Origin: Gammaproteobacteria bacterium
GTDB taxonomy: Bacteria > Pseudomonadota > Gammaproteobacteria > Steroidobacterales > Steroidobacteraceae
Direction of reading: 5' to 3'
NCBI GenBank assembly: GCA_004297335.1
Contig: SCUD01000069.1
Location: 39,611 to 103,610 of the forward strand
DNA: 64,000 nt
Position numbers and translations under genes: made by a program. Position 1 is the stretch's first letter. Each line of letters starts with the position of its first letter. Below the pieces are notes generated by a model, which did not search any database, had not been told where the DNA came from, and was given only the letters and a program-made list of their open reading frames with translations. Below are positions 25,798-35,755 of this stretch, one piece after another.

Positions 25798-28178
25798 GCC
25801 GCACCTGCCTTGCGGATGGCGGCCAGGACCCGGTCGGGTCGCATCGGTACCTCCGTCAATCGTATGCCCACCGCGTCATGGATCGCATTGGCGATGGCCG
25901 GGATGATCGGCGCCAGCGGACCCTCGCCCGCCTCCTTGGCGCCGAAGGGACCCTCGGTCTCGTCACTCGGCGTCGGCACCAGGTCGACCTCCGGCTGCTC
26001 GAAGGCCGACGGGATCTTGTACTCGAGGAAACCGGCATTTTGCACGGCCCCGTCGTAGTGCACGATCTCCTCCATCAGCGCCTGGCCGAGGCCCATGTGG
26101 ATGCAGCCCTCGATCTGGCCCCGCACCGCGAGCGGATTCAGCATCGTGCCGCAGTCGTGGGCGCAGGTGGCCTTGTCGACCTTCACGAACCCGGTCTCCG
26201 GATCCACGGTGACTTCGACGATGAAGGCCGTGAAGCTGTAGGTCGGACTCAGTCCCGCCGCCGCGCCCTTGTAGTTGCCGCCGAGCTTTGGCGAGCGATA
26301 GGTCCCATGGGTCTGCAGGATGCCGGGCCCATCGAGCGCGCGGCGAACGGCATCGAGATACGGGACGCTGCGTCCGCTCCCCAGGTGCGTGACCTGGCCA
26401 TTGGCCAGGCGGAAACCGTCGTTGTAGTCCGGATTCGGGCCGAGATAGTCGGACGAGTAGTCCGGGCTGCGGCGCCCCTGGCGGAAGTAGTCCGCCGGCG
26501 GCTCCGGCTTTTCCCACGCCGGTGGCGGGAGCTCCAGCAACTGGCACGCGGCCGCAACCAGCAACCGCCGCATGCGGATGGCCGCATTGCGCGAGGCATT
26601 GCCGGCCATGAAGGTCACGCGCGAGCTGTAGCTACCGAGATCCACCGGGGTCAGCTGGGTGTCGGCGACGACGACCTTGACCTGGTCCAGGCCGACGCCG
26701 AGGACCTCGGCCGCCATCATCGCCAGGATCGTGTCGATGCCCTGGCCGATATCGGCGGCGCCCGAATACACGGTCACCATGCCGTCGAACTCGATCGTCA
26801 GGCGCACCGTACTGGATGGCCGGTCGTTGCGGTGGATGTGCGCAGCGCTGCCGCTGATATAGAAGCCGCAGGCGACGCCAATACCCTTGCCGTAGGGCAG
26901 CTTGCCGTACTTCTCGTTCCAGCCCGAACGCCGCATCGCCTCCTCGAGGCCGGCCTTCAGGCCGACCGAGGTGATCCGGAACTCGCTGGCGGTCAGCGTG
27001 TTGGGCCGGTGGATCATGTCAATCCGGCCCTGGCAGGGATCGACTCCCGCCTGGACCAGGGCCATGTCGAGCAGCACCTCGGCGGCGAAGCGCGGATTGA
27101 CGCCACCGTGACCGCGCATCGCGCCGCACATCGGCTTGTTCGTATACACGCGCCGCGAGCGGAAGCGCAGGTTCTCGATCCGGTAAGGGCCCTGCAGCAG
27201 CACGCCGTTGTAGTAGGTGGTCACGACGCCGAAGCTGCCGTAGGCGCCGCCGTCGATCAGGATATCGGCATCGATCCCGGTGATACCCTGCTGCGGATCA
27301 TAGCCAAGCTTCATCGTCAGCGTGGTCGGGTGACGACCGTGATGACTGATGAACACTTCCTCGCGGCTGAAGCGCAGGCGGATGTTGCGATTGGTCTGCA
27401 GCGCCAGCCGGGCGGCGATCATCTCGTGCGGGAACGGATCGCTCTTGCCGCCGAAGCCGCCACCCAGGTGCGGCTTGATCACGCGGATCCGGTGCTCGGG
27501 GATCTCCAGCACCTCGGCCATCGCCATGTGCAGGTAATGCGGCACCTGAGTCGCGCTGTATACGGTCAGATTGCCGCGCCCGTCGATCGCGACCTGGGTC
27601 GCGTGCGGCTCGGTGAACGCATGCGTCACCGAGGCGAAGGAAAAGCGCTTCTCGACCACGACCGGCGAGGCCGCGAATCCCGCATCGGGATCGCCGTAGC
27701 ATTGCTCGACCCGCTTGTGCAGGTTGTTGTCACGCCCGAGGCCCGGATGCAGCGGCTCGGCCACCGGCTTCAGTGCCACGCGCGGATCCAGGCAGGCCTC
27801 GGTCGGCTCGTAGCTGACCTCGATCAGGGCGAGCGCGGCCGCGGCGATTTCGGCGGTCTCCGCCGCCACGGCGGCCACCGGCTCGCCGATGTAGCGGACG
27901 CGGTTGCCGGCCATGGCCGGCTCGTCCTTGCTGATGACCAGCACACCGAAGGTCCGGCGGAAGTCGGCTCCAGTGACGATACCACGCACCCCGGGCAGGG
28001 CTGCGGCCCGGCTCGTATCCACCTTCAGGATCCGGGCGCTCGCGAACGGGGAGCGCAGGATCGCTGCGTGCAGCGGATTGTGCAGCGGTATGTCATCCGT
28101 GAAGCGCGCCCGGCCCATGACCTTGTCGCGGGAGTCGATCTGCGGCGTCGGCTTGCCGACGATGTTGTAGCCGCTCAT
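25794..28178 (-). CDS. hcrA: molybdopterin-binding large subunit of an XDH-family enzyme, 4-hydroxybenzoyl-CoA reductase alpha-like
   Basis: 794 aa. The N-terminus (VGKPTPQIDSRDKVMGRARFTDD) and internal blocks (GGGFGGK, CGAMRGHG, GAKEAGEGP) are typical aldehyde-oxidase/XDH Mo-subunit motifs. Confidence 0.8.
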   Translation of the reverse strand: MSGYNIVGKPTPQIDSRDKVMGRARFTDDIPLHNPLHAAILRSPFASARILKVDTSRAAALPGVRGIVTGADFRRTFGVLVISKDEPAMAGNRVRYIGEPVAAVAAETAEIAAAALALIEVSYEPTEACLDPRVALKPVAEPLHPGLGRDNNLHKRVEQCYGDPDAGFAASPVVVEKRFSFASVTHAFTEPHATQVAIDGRGNLTVYSATQVPHYLHMAMAEVLEIPEHRIRVIKPHLGGGFGGKSDPFPHEMIAARLALQTNRNIRLRFSREEVFISHHGRHPTTLTMKLGYDPQQGITGIDADILIDGGAYGSFGVVTTYYNGVLLQGPYRIENLRFRSRRVYTNKPMCGAMRGHGGVNPRFAAEVLLDMALVQAGVDPCQGRIDMIHRPNTLTASEFRITSVGLKAGLEEAMRRSGWNEKYGKLPYGKGIGVACGFYISGSAAHIHRNDRPSSTVRLTIEFDGMVTVYSGAADIGQGIDTILAMMAAEVLGVGLDQVKVVVADTQLTPVDLGSYSSRVTFMAGNASRNAAIRMRRLLVAAACQLLELPPPAWEKPEPPADYFRQGRRSPDYSSDYLGPNPDYNDGFRLANGQVTHLGSGRSVPYLDAVRRALDGPGILQTHGTYRSPKLGGNYKGAAAGLSPTYSFTAFIVEVTVDPETGFVKVDKATCAHDCGTMLNPLAVRGQIEGCIHMGLGQALMEEIVHYDGAVQNAGFLEYKIPSAFEQPEVDLVPTPSDETEGPFGAKEAGEGPLAPIIPAIANAIHDAVGIRLTEVPMRPDRVLAAIRKAGAA

Positions 28179-28714
28179 TGCGCGCCCGCCTTGCCGCCAC
28201 CGGCAGCCAGCGTGGCAGCCGTAGTCACGAACGCCTGCTCAATGCGGTTGTAGCCGGTGCAGCGGCACACGGTTGCGGAGATACAGGTCCGGATCTCGTC
28301 CCGGGTCGGCGTCGGCGTGCGCTCGAACAGGTGCACGCCGTTGATCACCATGCCCGGCGTGCAGAACCCGCACTGGATCGCGCCTTCGTCGACCATGGCC
28401 TGCTGCAGCGGATGCAGCACTTCTCCATCGGCAATACCCTCGATGGTCCGGATCTCGCTGCCCTCGACGTCGGCCGCGAGCAGCAGGCAGGCCAGCATCG
28501 GGCGACCGTCCACCAGGACACTGCAGCAACCGCACTCGCCAAGATCGCAGCCACGCTTGCTGCCGGTCAGGCCCAGCTCCTCGCGCAGGAACTCGAGCAG
28601 TGTGGTGCCAGGCTTCGCGATGGCCTGCTGCAGGACCCCATTGACGCGCAGGGCCAGCACCCGGGCGTCATTCACCCCGTGCTCGCGCGGCTGCGCCGGA
28701 TTCGATGTATTCAT
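28175..28714 (-). CDS. hcrC: 2x[2Fe-2S] small subunit of an XDH-family enzyme, 4-hydroxybenzoyl-CoA reductase gamma-like
   Basis: GCDLGECGCCSV and CGFCTPGM...CRCTGY motifs. An AGGAAGG RBS lies before the ATG at 28714. The longer ORF from 28912 is rejected. Confidence 0.85.
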   Translation of the reverse strand: MNTSNPAQPREHGVNDARVLALRVNGVLQQAIAKPGTTLLEFLREELGLTGSKRGCDLGECGCCSVLVDGRPMLACLLLAADVEGSEIRTIEGIADGEVLHPLQQAMVDEGAIQCGFCTPGMVINGVHLFERTPTPTRDEIRTCISATVCRCTGYNRIEQAFVTTAATLAAGGGKAGAQ

Positions 28715-28778
28715 CCTCTGCCCCTTCCTTCCATTGCCATTCGTTTCCTGTCTACCGAGGCTACACCTGCGCCTGAGC

Positions 28779-30788
28779 CTACCGGCCGGTAAACTGCGGC
28801 CGGGTCCCATCGAGCACGCTCGACAGTCCGGCCAGAGCGTCCGCGGTCGAGAACAGCGCTGTCGCGCCATCGAGTTCCAGGCGCAAGGCAGCAGCGAGAT
28901 CCATTGTGGCACCCTGATCCATCAGGCGCATTGCCGCGCGCAGCGCGAGCGGCGCCTTGCGCGCCAGGTCGCGCGCCCAGGGCTTGAGTGCCGGCGCAGC
29001 GAGCGCCTGCTCGTCATTGGCGCCATCGTAACCGGCGAAGGCCTGCTCGATCTCCGGCTGCGGCTTCCGCCCCGCCTGGCTGGCACCCAGTTCGATGCCG
29101 GCCAGTTCCTCGAGATGCCGGACCGGCTCCACGATCCGGTCGACCACACCGAATGCCAGCGCCTGCGCCGCATCGAGCCGGCGGCCCGTGGCCACCAGGT
29201 ACTTGGCAACCCCGAGGCCCAGGAGGCGCGTCGTCCGCTGGGTCCCACCGAGACCCGGGAAGATGCCGATGCCGGTCTCCGGCAGCGCGAGCATCGTGTT
29301 GCGCGTGCCCAGGCGGTAGCGGCAGGCGAGTGCGAGTTCCAGGCCACCGCCGAGCGCCATGCCGTCGAGCCAGGCACAGGTGGGCTTGCTGCAGGCCTCG
29401 ATGCGCGCCAGCAGTTCATGGCCGCGGGCCGTGAAACGGTACACGCGGTCCAGGTCGCCCGAGTGAATCGAATCGACAAAGAAGCGGATGTCGGCTCCGG
29501 CCACGAAGGCCTTGCCGCGACCCGCAAAGAAGATCCGCCGGACCCGCGGATCTGACTCGACACGATTCCACGCCGCCTCGAGCTGGCCCATGACGATCTC
29601 GCCGAGCGGATTCATCCGGTCGGGCAGGTTGAAGATCACGAAGCCGGCATCCCCGTGCACGGCGCTCTGTACCCACTCGAGTTGCGGTTCTCCCGGCTGC
29701 GCGAACGGCACGGCCGGCAGCGGCAGCTTCCAGGGTGCATACAGCTCCCGGATCATGGCTGCGACATTGTCCTTGCCGAGCGCAGCCATCAGCTCGAAGG
29801 GACCGCGCGGCCAGCGCAGCCCGGCCCGCGCGCCCAGATCCGTGGACGTTGCGTCCGCGACACCCTCGCTGACCAGCTGCGCGGCACAGCCGAGCGATGC
29901 CGCCAGCAGGCGCCGGCGCACGACCTCCGGCTGGAACTGGCCGCCACCTGGAATCTGGCGATCCTCGACGTCCCACTCCTTGCCACTCGCCACCTGCCGG
30001 CACAGCGTCGCAGCGGGCGCGTAGAACGGACCCAGCTTGCTGGCCAGGCCCTCGGCGCCGTGCTGCGCAATCGGTACGCCCGTTGCGTTCATCAGCGCGA
30101 ACGGCCCCATGCCGACGCCAAAAACCTCCCGGCCAACTGCATCGATCTCGTGGATGCTGCCGAACCCCTCCTCGAGGAGCCGCACGGCCTCGTTGATCCA
30201 GGGGATGAAGAAGCGGTTCACGGCAAACCCGGCGGAGTCTGCGGTGCGGATCGGGGTCTTGCCCAGTTCCGAGTAGAAACCCTCCAGCTCGCGCAGCAGT
30301 TCCCGGTCCGTCCGCGGCGCGGCAACCACTTCGATCAGCTTGTTCTTTGCAGCATGGTAGAAGTAATGCGTACCGACGACCCGCTCCGGATGGGCGAGGC
30401 CTTCGGCCACGTCGCCGACCCGGAAGGAAGAGGTATTCGTGGCCAGCACACAGTCCGGGCCCACGATCGGCTCGAGGCGCCGGAACAGGTCGCGCTTGAC
30501 GGCCAGGTCCTCGAACACGGCCTCGACCACCAGGTCCGTGCCGGCGAGTTCCGCCAGGTCCGAGACCGGACGCAGGCGCGCGAGGATCGCGGCCCGCCCG
30601 GCCGCATCCATCAGCCCGCGCTCGACTGCTTCGTCCAGCGACGCGGCGATCAACCGCTGCCCGCGCTCGAGACCCGCGGCGTTGGCGTCCAGCAGCGCCA
30701 CCTTCAGGCCCTTCATCAGGAAGTGCTGGGAGATGGCTGCACCCATCGTGCCGGCACCAACCACCGCAATATTCCGGAACTCACGCAT
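28779..30788 (-). CDS. bifunctional 3-hydroxyacyl-CoA dehydrogenase (N-terminal) / crotonase (C-terminal) fusion
   Basis: N-terminal VAVVGAGTMGAAISQHF (HAD Rossmann fold). C-terminal KAFVAGADI and GMALGGGLELALACRYR (crotonase). The ATG at 30788 shares its A with the upstream TGA (TGATG). Confidence 0.8.
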   Translation of the reverse strand: MREFRNIAVVGAGTMGAAISQHFLMKGLKVALLDANAAGLERGQRLIAASLDEAVERGLMDAAGRAAILARLRPVSDLAELAGTDLVVEAVFEDLAVKRDLFRRLEPIVGPDCVLATNTSSFRVGDVAEGLAHPERVVGTHYFYHAAKNKLIEVVAAPRTDRELLRELEGFYSELGKTPIRTADSAGFAVNRFFIPWINEAVRLLEEGFGSIHEIDAVGREVFGVGMGPFALMNATGVPIAQHGAEGLASKLGPFYAPAATLCRQVASGKEWDVEDRQIPGGGQFQPEVVRRRLLAASLGCAAQLVSEGVADATSTDLGARAGLRWPRGPFELMAALGKDNVAAMIRELYAPWKLPLPAVPFAQPGEPQLEWVQSAVHGDAGFVIFNLPDRMNPLGEIVMGQLEAAWNRVESDPRVRRIFFAGRGKAFVAGADIRFFVDSIHSGDLDRVYRFTARGHELLARIEACSKPTCAWLDGMALGGGLELALACRYRLGTRNTMLALPETGIGIFPGLGGTQRTTRLLGLGVAKYLVATGRRLDAAQALAFGVVDRIVEPVRHLEELAGIELGASQAGRKPQPEIEQAFAGYDGANDEQALAAPALKPWARDLARKAPLALRAAMRLMDQGATMDLAAALRLELDGATALFSTADALAGLSSVLDGTRPQFTGR

Positions 30789-31711
30789 CAGAAACTCTCC
30801 GTACAACGCAATATCTTGTCGACAAAACTGATCGTCGGTGCCGGAACCCCGTGGCGGCGCGCGAGGCGTGCCAGCTCGCCACAGAGAAATTCGTTCTCGG
30901 TGACCTTGCCCTTCTCGACATCGACAAGGATCGACGGGCGGTGCTCGCCACCCCGGTCCAGGTAGGCCATGGCCTGCTGCGAATAATCCCCCGGCAGTTC
31001 GATACGTTCGGCGCGGCAGATCGCCATGCCCTCGGCGAGCATGTCCTGGACCATCGCCCGGGCCTCGGCCTGACCCATCACACAGCCCATGCAGTGACGG
31101 GTGATGGCGCAGAGGCTGCCCAGCGATGCGTTCAGCAGGGCCTTGCGGAAAACCTCATTGCGCCAGTCGGCACGGGCCTCGATCGGGAAGCCAGCCTCGC
31201 GCAGGTCGGTGGCGATCCGGTCAACCAGCGCCGGATCCACCTCCGGCGGTCGCGACAGCACATGGGTCTCGGAAAAGGTCACGACGACCTCGTTGCCGCA
31301 GGAGACATCACAGCCCATGTTGAGGACCATGCGCAGCGCACGCTCGGCACCGAATACCCGGGCGACGATGTTCTCGGTACCGATGCCGTTCTGGCACGAG
31401 ACGAACAGCATTTCCGGCTTCGGCCCATGCACGCGCAGCGTGCGCAGCAGGTGCTCGGTGTCCATGCTCTTGATGCAGACCAGCAGCACATCTGGCTGGG
31501 TCGCGACGAAATCGGCAACCTCGAGCAATACCTCATCGAGCTGGGCATAGGCCTGCAGGCAACCCTTCACGACCACCGGCCGTCGCTGCAGGATCAGCTG
31601 CGTCGGCGTGTGATGGCAGAGCACCGTCACGCGATGCCCGGCCTGGCGCAACAGCCCCGCGAAGACCCGGCCGACCGGCCCGGTTCCGACCACGCCGTAG
31701 TGCAGGCTCAC
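30788..31711 (-). CDS. ketopantoate-reductase (PanE/ApbA)-family oxidoreductase
   Basis: VVGTGPVGRVFAGLL Rossmann N-terminus with ApbA-like length and C-domain. Second paralog in the window. ATGA overlap with the ligase stop. Confidence 0.65.
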   Translation of the reverse strand: MSLHYGVVGTGPVGRVFAGLLRQAGHRVTVLCHHTPTQLILQRRPVVVKGCLQAYAQLDEVLLEVADFVATQPDVLLVCIKSMDTEHLLRTLRVHGPKPEMLFVSCQNGIGTENIVARVFGAERALRMVLNMGCDVSCGNEVVVTFSETHVLSRPPEVDPALVDRIATDLREAGFPIEARADWRNEVFRKALLNASLGSLCAITRHCMGCVMGQAEARAMVQDMLAEGMAICRAERIELPGDYSQQAMAYLDRGGEHRPSILVDVEKGKVTENEFLCGELARLARRHGVPAPTISFVDKILRCTESF

Positions 31712-33477
31712 CGGGGCTCCACCAGCGTCAGCGGCAACACATCGGCCGGCAGGTCCTCGTAGCGTTCCTCCTGCATGGCCCGGATGCAGTCGGCGTAGCG
31801 TTCCTCGATGCGACGTGGAATCAGCTTGAACGACGGCGTCAGCTCGTTGTTCTCGATGCTGAGCTCACGCCCGACGACGAGCGCCCGACGCACGGCCTCG
31901 AACCGGGCCGGCTGCCCCGCATTGATCGCCTGGACGCACTCCGACAGGCAGCGCGCAAGTCCCGCCGTGTCGGCCGGACGGCCGCAGTCCGGGCCACCCG
32001 CGCCGCCCGCGGCACCCTCGAACAGCTGCTGATTCGGGAACACCAGCATGCAGGGCGCGCGCAGCCCGGAACCGAATACATAGGCGTACTTGACGAACTG
32101 GCAGCGGCTGTGGACTCGCTGTTCGATCTGGGCGGGGAAGACTTTCTCGCCGTTGCTGAGCTTGAACATGCGTTCCTTGCGCGACAGGATCCGCACGCCC
32201 TCCGGGCCGAACTCGCCGAGGTCGCCGGTGCGGAACCAGCCGTCTGCGGTGAATACCGCGGCAGTCGCCTCGTCGTTGCGGAAATAGCCCGACATCACAT
32301 TGGGTCCGCGCACCAGGATCTCGCCGTCCTCGGCCAGTGCCACTTCGATGCCGGCCATCGGCCAGCCGACGACCCCCGGCGTCCGCGTGAGCTCGAGCTC
32401 CGTCAGGGTAACGCCCGGCGAGGTCTCGGTCAGGCCCCAGCCCTCGACCACCGGCACGCCGTGATCGCGGAATACGACCGAGGTGCTGAGCGGCAGCGGC
32501 GCCGCCGCGGTAAACACGAAGCGCAGCTCCGGATGGAAGAAAGCCTGCTCCACCGCAGGGCTGCCCTGCACCCGCGCGACGATCTCCTGGTAGATCTTCG
32601 GCACGCTGAAGAACACGTGCGGACGGATCTCCGCGAAATTGACCAGCAGCCGGTCCACATCCCGGCCGCAGCTGTCATCGAGGGCGAGGCAGCCGCCGAA
32701 ATGCGCAGCGAAGAAGCGCTCGAACAGACCACCGAAGCTGTGGTGCCAGGGCAGGTAGCTGAGCAGCCGCAGGCCGGGCTCGGGCTTCCAGCAGGCAGCG
32801 AGCGCCTGCTGCTGGCTCATCAGGTTGCGATGGCTGAGCTGCACGCCTTTCGGGAAGCCACTGGTCCCGGAGGTGTACATGATCAGCGTGAGGCGCTCCG
32901 GCTCGACGGCGCGCAGCGTTGCCTCGACACGCGCCCGCTCTTCCGCCGGCAGTTCCGTCTGCAGCACCGGATCGAGCCGATAGAGACTTCCGCCCCACGC
33001 AGTGAAAGCAGCAAGCGCGGCCGGGTCCGGCTCCGTCAGCACCAGCACCCGCCGCGGCCGGACGCCCGGATCCAGCGCGAACACGCGCTCCGGCTGATCG
33101 GTCACGACGAGATCGACGTCGGAGAACTGGATCAGGCGCCCGGTCAGCTCGGCCGGATAGCCCGGGAAGATCGGTACGGTGACGAGCCCGGTGGCCATCG
33201 TCGCCAGCTCGGTGACGTAGCGCGCATAACTGTTGCCGGCGACAAAGGCAATCCGGCCGCCGCCGGCAGTGCCCGCGGTGTGCTGGTCGCGCAGCAGCCA
33301 AGCCGCAACCCGGCGCAGGTCCTCAGCGAAGTCCTGCCAGCTCCAGAAACGGTACGGCCCATGCACGCGCTCGGCGAACGCCGGCGCGGCCGCGAAGCGC
33401 GCGGCATTGTCGAGCAGCATCGTGCCGATGTTGGGCACGATGCTGCCAGGCTGGTAAGGACTGCGTAGGACCTGCAT
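31708..33477 (-). CDS. AMP-dependent acyl/aryl-CoA synthetase (long, FAA1/COG1022-like type)
   Basis: Adenylate-forming motifs are present (IMYTSGTSGFPKGVQLSHRN, GWGLTETS, FRTGDLG, KLSNGEKV). At 589 aa it is longer than typical benzoate-CoA ligases. Confidence 0.85.
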   Translation of the reverse strand: MQVLRSPYQPGSIVPNIGTMLLDNAARFAAAPAFAERVHGPYRFWSWQDFAEDLRRVAAWLLRDQHTAGTAGGGRIAFVAGNSYARYVTELATMATGLVTVPIFPGYPAELTGRLIQFSDVDLVVTDQPERVFALDPGVRPRRVLVLTEPDPAALAAFTAWGGSLYRLDPVLQTELPAEERARVEATLRAVEPERLTLIMYTSGTSGFPKGVQLSHRNLMSQQQALAACWKPEPGLRLLSYLPWHHSFGGLFERFFAAHFGGCLALDDSCGRDVDRLLVNFAEIRPHVFFSVPKIYQEIVARVQGSPAVEQAFFHPELRFVFTAAAPLPLSTSVVFRDHGVPVVEGWGLTETSPGVTLTELELTRTPGVVGWPMAGIEVALAEDGEILVRGPNVMSGYFRNDEATAAVFTADGWFRTGDLGEFGPEGVRILSRKERMFKLSNGEKVFPAQIEQRVHSRCQFVKYAYVFGSGLRAPCMLVFPNQQLFEGAAGGAGGPDCGRPADTAGLARCLSECVQAINAGQPARFEAVRRALVVGRELSIENNELTPSFKLIPRRIEERYADCIRAMQEERYEDLPADVLPLTLVEPR

Positions 33478-33501
33478 CGCGCCGGACTGCCACTCCGATC
33501 C

Positions 33502-34344
33502 TCAGGCCGCCTGGGGTTCCGCGGCCTTCTCTTCCAGCCGGCGATGCCGGAAACCGGCCCAGAGCGCCGCACCAATCGCACCCGCGTAGATCGAGTCCGG
33601 GTGCACGAGGATGCGGGCCTTGAGCCGCTTGTCCTTGTCGGCCAGCTCCTGCATCGCCGCGACGAAGCCGGCGTTGCGGGCCAGGCCCCCGGTGACCAGC
33701 ACGTCGCCGCTGGTCTTGATCATGCGCAGCAGCCCGATCAGGCGCTTGGCCATCGACAGGTGGATGCCGCGCAGGATGTTGGACGTAGAGATACCGCGGC
33801 TGACCATGTTGATCACGTCGGTCTCCGCGAGCACCGCACAGATGCCCGATACCTGCTCCGGCGAATCGCCCTTCAGGGACAGCCCGCCGACGTCATCGAT
33901 CGCGACACCCAGGTAGCGGGCGATGTTCTCGAGGAACTGTCCGGAACCGGAGGCGCACTGCGAGGTCATCCGGTAGGCGAGCACCTTGGATCGCTCGTCG
34001 ATCAGCATTGCCTTCGCATGCAGCGCGCCACAGTCCACGACGGCCCGCACGTCCGGGTTCAGGAACACCGCCCCACGCGCGTGCGCCGTCATCGAGAAGA
34101 AGTGTCCGCGCCGGAAGTCGACCAGCTCGCCTTCGCCGGTCGTGGCAATATAGGCCACGTCGGACTCAGCGAGCCCGTGCCGCACCAGCACCCGGTCGTA
34201 GGCGGCGCGCAGCACCTCCTTGACGTTGCGCTTGCGGATCTTGTCCAGGTCCTTGAACAGCATCTCCTCGCGCTCGCCATCGAACTTCATCAGCACCGTC
34301 TTGATGGAGTCGCAGCCGACGTCTATTCCTACCGTGTAGAACAT
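33502..34344 (-). CDS. bcrD: class I benzoyl-CoA reductase-type ATPase subunit D
   Basis: 280 aa. ASKHA/BcrAD motifs: GIDVGCDSIKTV, VVDCGALHAK, SQCASGSGQFLE, VTGGLARN. Confidence 0.85.
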   Translation of the reverse strand: MFYTVGIDVGCDSIKTVLMKFDGEREEMLFKDLDKIRKRNVKEVLRAAYDRVLVRHGLAESDVAYIATTGEGELVDFRRGHFFSMTAHARGAVFLNPDVRAVVDCGALHAKAMLIDERSKVLAYRMTSQCASGSGQFLENIARYLGVAIDDVGGLSLKGDSPEQVSGICAVLAETDVINMVSRGISTSNILRGIHLSMAKRLIGLLRMIKTSGDVLVTGGLARNAGFVAAMQELADKDKRLKARILVHPDSIYAGAIGAALWAGFRHRRLEEKAAEPQAA

Positions 34345-34355
34345 GTCAATTCTCC

Positions 34356-35744
34356 TCAGGCCGCACAGGACGCTGACTGTCCCGCGCCGCCGCAGGTATC
34401 GAGTTTCTTGATTTCGAGATCCGCCATCACGCCCTTCGGGTCGCGCTTCGCGAACAGCGCGCCCCCGACCGCACCGGTGAAGATGCTATCGGCGCTGATG
34501 TTGATCTTCATCCGGCCGTAGTTCTCGAACACCAGGTCCTCGAGGGCCTTGGTGACCGCCTGGTTGCGGGCCACGCCCCCCGTAAAGGTGAACTCGGGCT
34601 TCACACCACCCGAGCGCGCCAGCAGGGACATCGCGCGCAGGATGATCGCGCGGTGCAACCCCGCGAGAATGTCCTCGCGCTTCTGGCCGAGCGACATCAG
34701 CTCGCGCAGCTCGGCGCCGGCGAACACGGTGCAGGTCGAGTTGATCTTGATCGGCTTCGTGGACTTCAGTGCCAGCGGCCCGAGTTCGTGCACGCCGATG
34801 TTCATTTCGTCAGCGATGTAGCCGAGATAGCGCCCGCAACCGGCCGCACAACGATCGTTCATCTGGAAGCCGGTCACGATGCCGTTACCGTCGACCTGGA
34901 TCGCCTTGGTGTCCTGGCCGCCGATGTCCAGCACCGTGCGGGTGCCCGGGAACATGTAGTGCGCGCCGAGCCCGTGGCACAGGATCTCGGAACGGATCTG
35001 CTCGCGTGCGAACGGCAGCGTCAGGCGGCCATAACCGGTGCCGACCGTGTTCAGCACGTTGAAGCGCCGCTCGGCCGTATCGGTGACGACCGCGGCGATC
35101 TCGGCGGCGAACGGCGCAAACCGCTCCTCGGCCGCGACCTTACCGGTCGCGAATTCCAGGTAGTCGCGGTACAGCCCGGCGAAGCTGTGGTTCTCGACCC
35201 GGATGATCGCGGCATCGAACAGCCCCACCAGCCGGTCGAAGGACACCGGAATCTCACGGGTGACCGCCTCCGCCTGCTTCAGGTAGTGACTGGTGGCCAG
35301 GTCGCGGAAGAAGTCGCTGGCGGCCGCGCTGCCCGGATAGAAGTCCGCCTGCGCCTGCAGGTCGAGGGCATCGAAGATCCGGCCCAGCGCCTGGTTGACC
35401 AGCTTGGTCTCCTCGGCCCCGAAGCCGTGTGCCGCGGCGAGCCCGATGCATTCGGCCCGCAGCGCCTTGAGCTGCTCGAGGTGCTGCGCCAGCGCATAGT
35501 TGCAGGCGAGCACCGCCATCAGCGGCTCGGCCAGCGTGCCGATCCGCGGACTGGCCTCGAGCTTCTTGCGCAGCAGTCCGAAGCGGGCGTTGATCTCCGC
35601 CTCCTCGCGCGCCACCTGGCAGGCCAGCTCGTAATTGCTGCGCGAATTGGTGATGCCACGCCCGAGCACCCGCTCCTGCTCGTCCAGGAACACGGCCTTG
35701 GTCGTGGTCGAACCGAGATCGATACCGATGTAGCAGTAGTCCAT
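34356..35744 (-). CDS. bcrA: class I benzoyl-CoA reductase-type ATPase subunit A
   Basis: 462 aa. GIDLGSTTTKAV, DIGGQDTKAI, NDRCAAGCGRYLG, FTGGVARN. The long insertion after the first ASKHA motif is as in BcrA/BadF. Confidence 0.85.
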   Translation of the reverse strand: MDYCYIGIDLGSTTTKAVFLDEQERVLGRGITNSRSNYELACQVAREEAEINARFGLLRKKLEASPRIGTLAEPLMAVLACNYALAQHLEQLKALRAECIGLAAAHGFGAEETKLVNQALGRIFDALDLQAQADFYPGSAAASDFFRDLATSHYLKQAEAVTREIPVSFDRLVGLFDAAIIRVENHSFAGLYRDYLEFATGKVAAEERFAPFAAEIAAVVTDTAERRFNVLNTVGTGYGRLTLPFAREQIRSEILCHGLGAHYMFPGTRTVLDIGGQDTKAIQVDGNGIVTGFQMNDRCAAGCGRYLGYIADEMNIGVHELGPLALKSTKPIKINSTCTVFAGAELRELMSLGQKREDILAGLHRAIILRAMSLLARSGGVKPEFTFTGGVARNQAVTKALEDLVFENYGRMKINISADSIFTGAVGGALFAKRDPKGVMADLEIKKLDTCGGAGQSASCAA

Positions 35745-35755
35745 GGTGCTCTCCG

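Noticed and set aside
25878-28253. 791-aa plus-strand ORF
   Set aside because: It is antisense to the Mo-subunit gene, which has unmistakable XDH-family motifs on the minus strand.
30816-30825. Perfect palindrome TTGTCGACAA resembling the GntR-type motif
   Set aside because: It lies inside the coding sequence of the KPR-like gene and differs in spacing from the three intergenic copies. I mention it under the motif finding but do not call it a feature.
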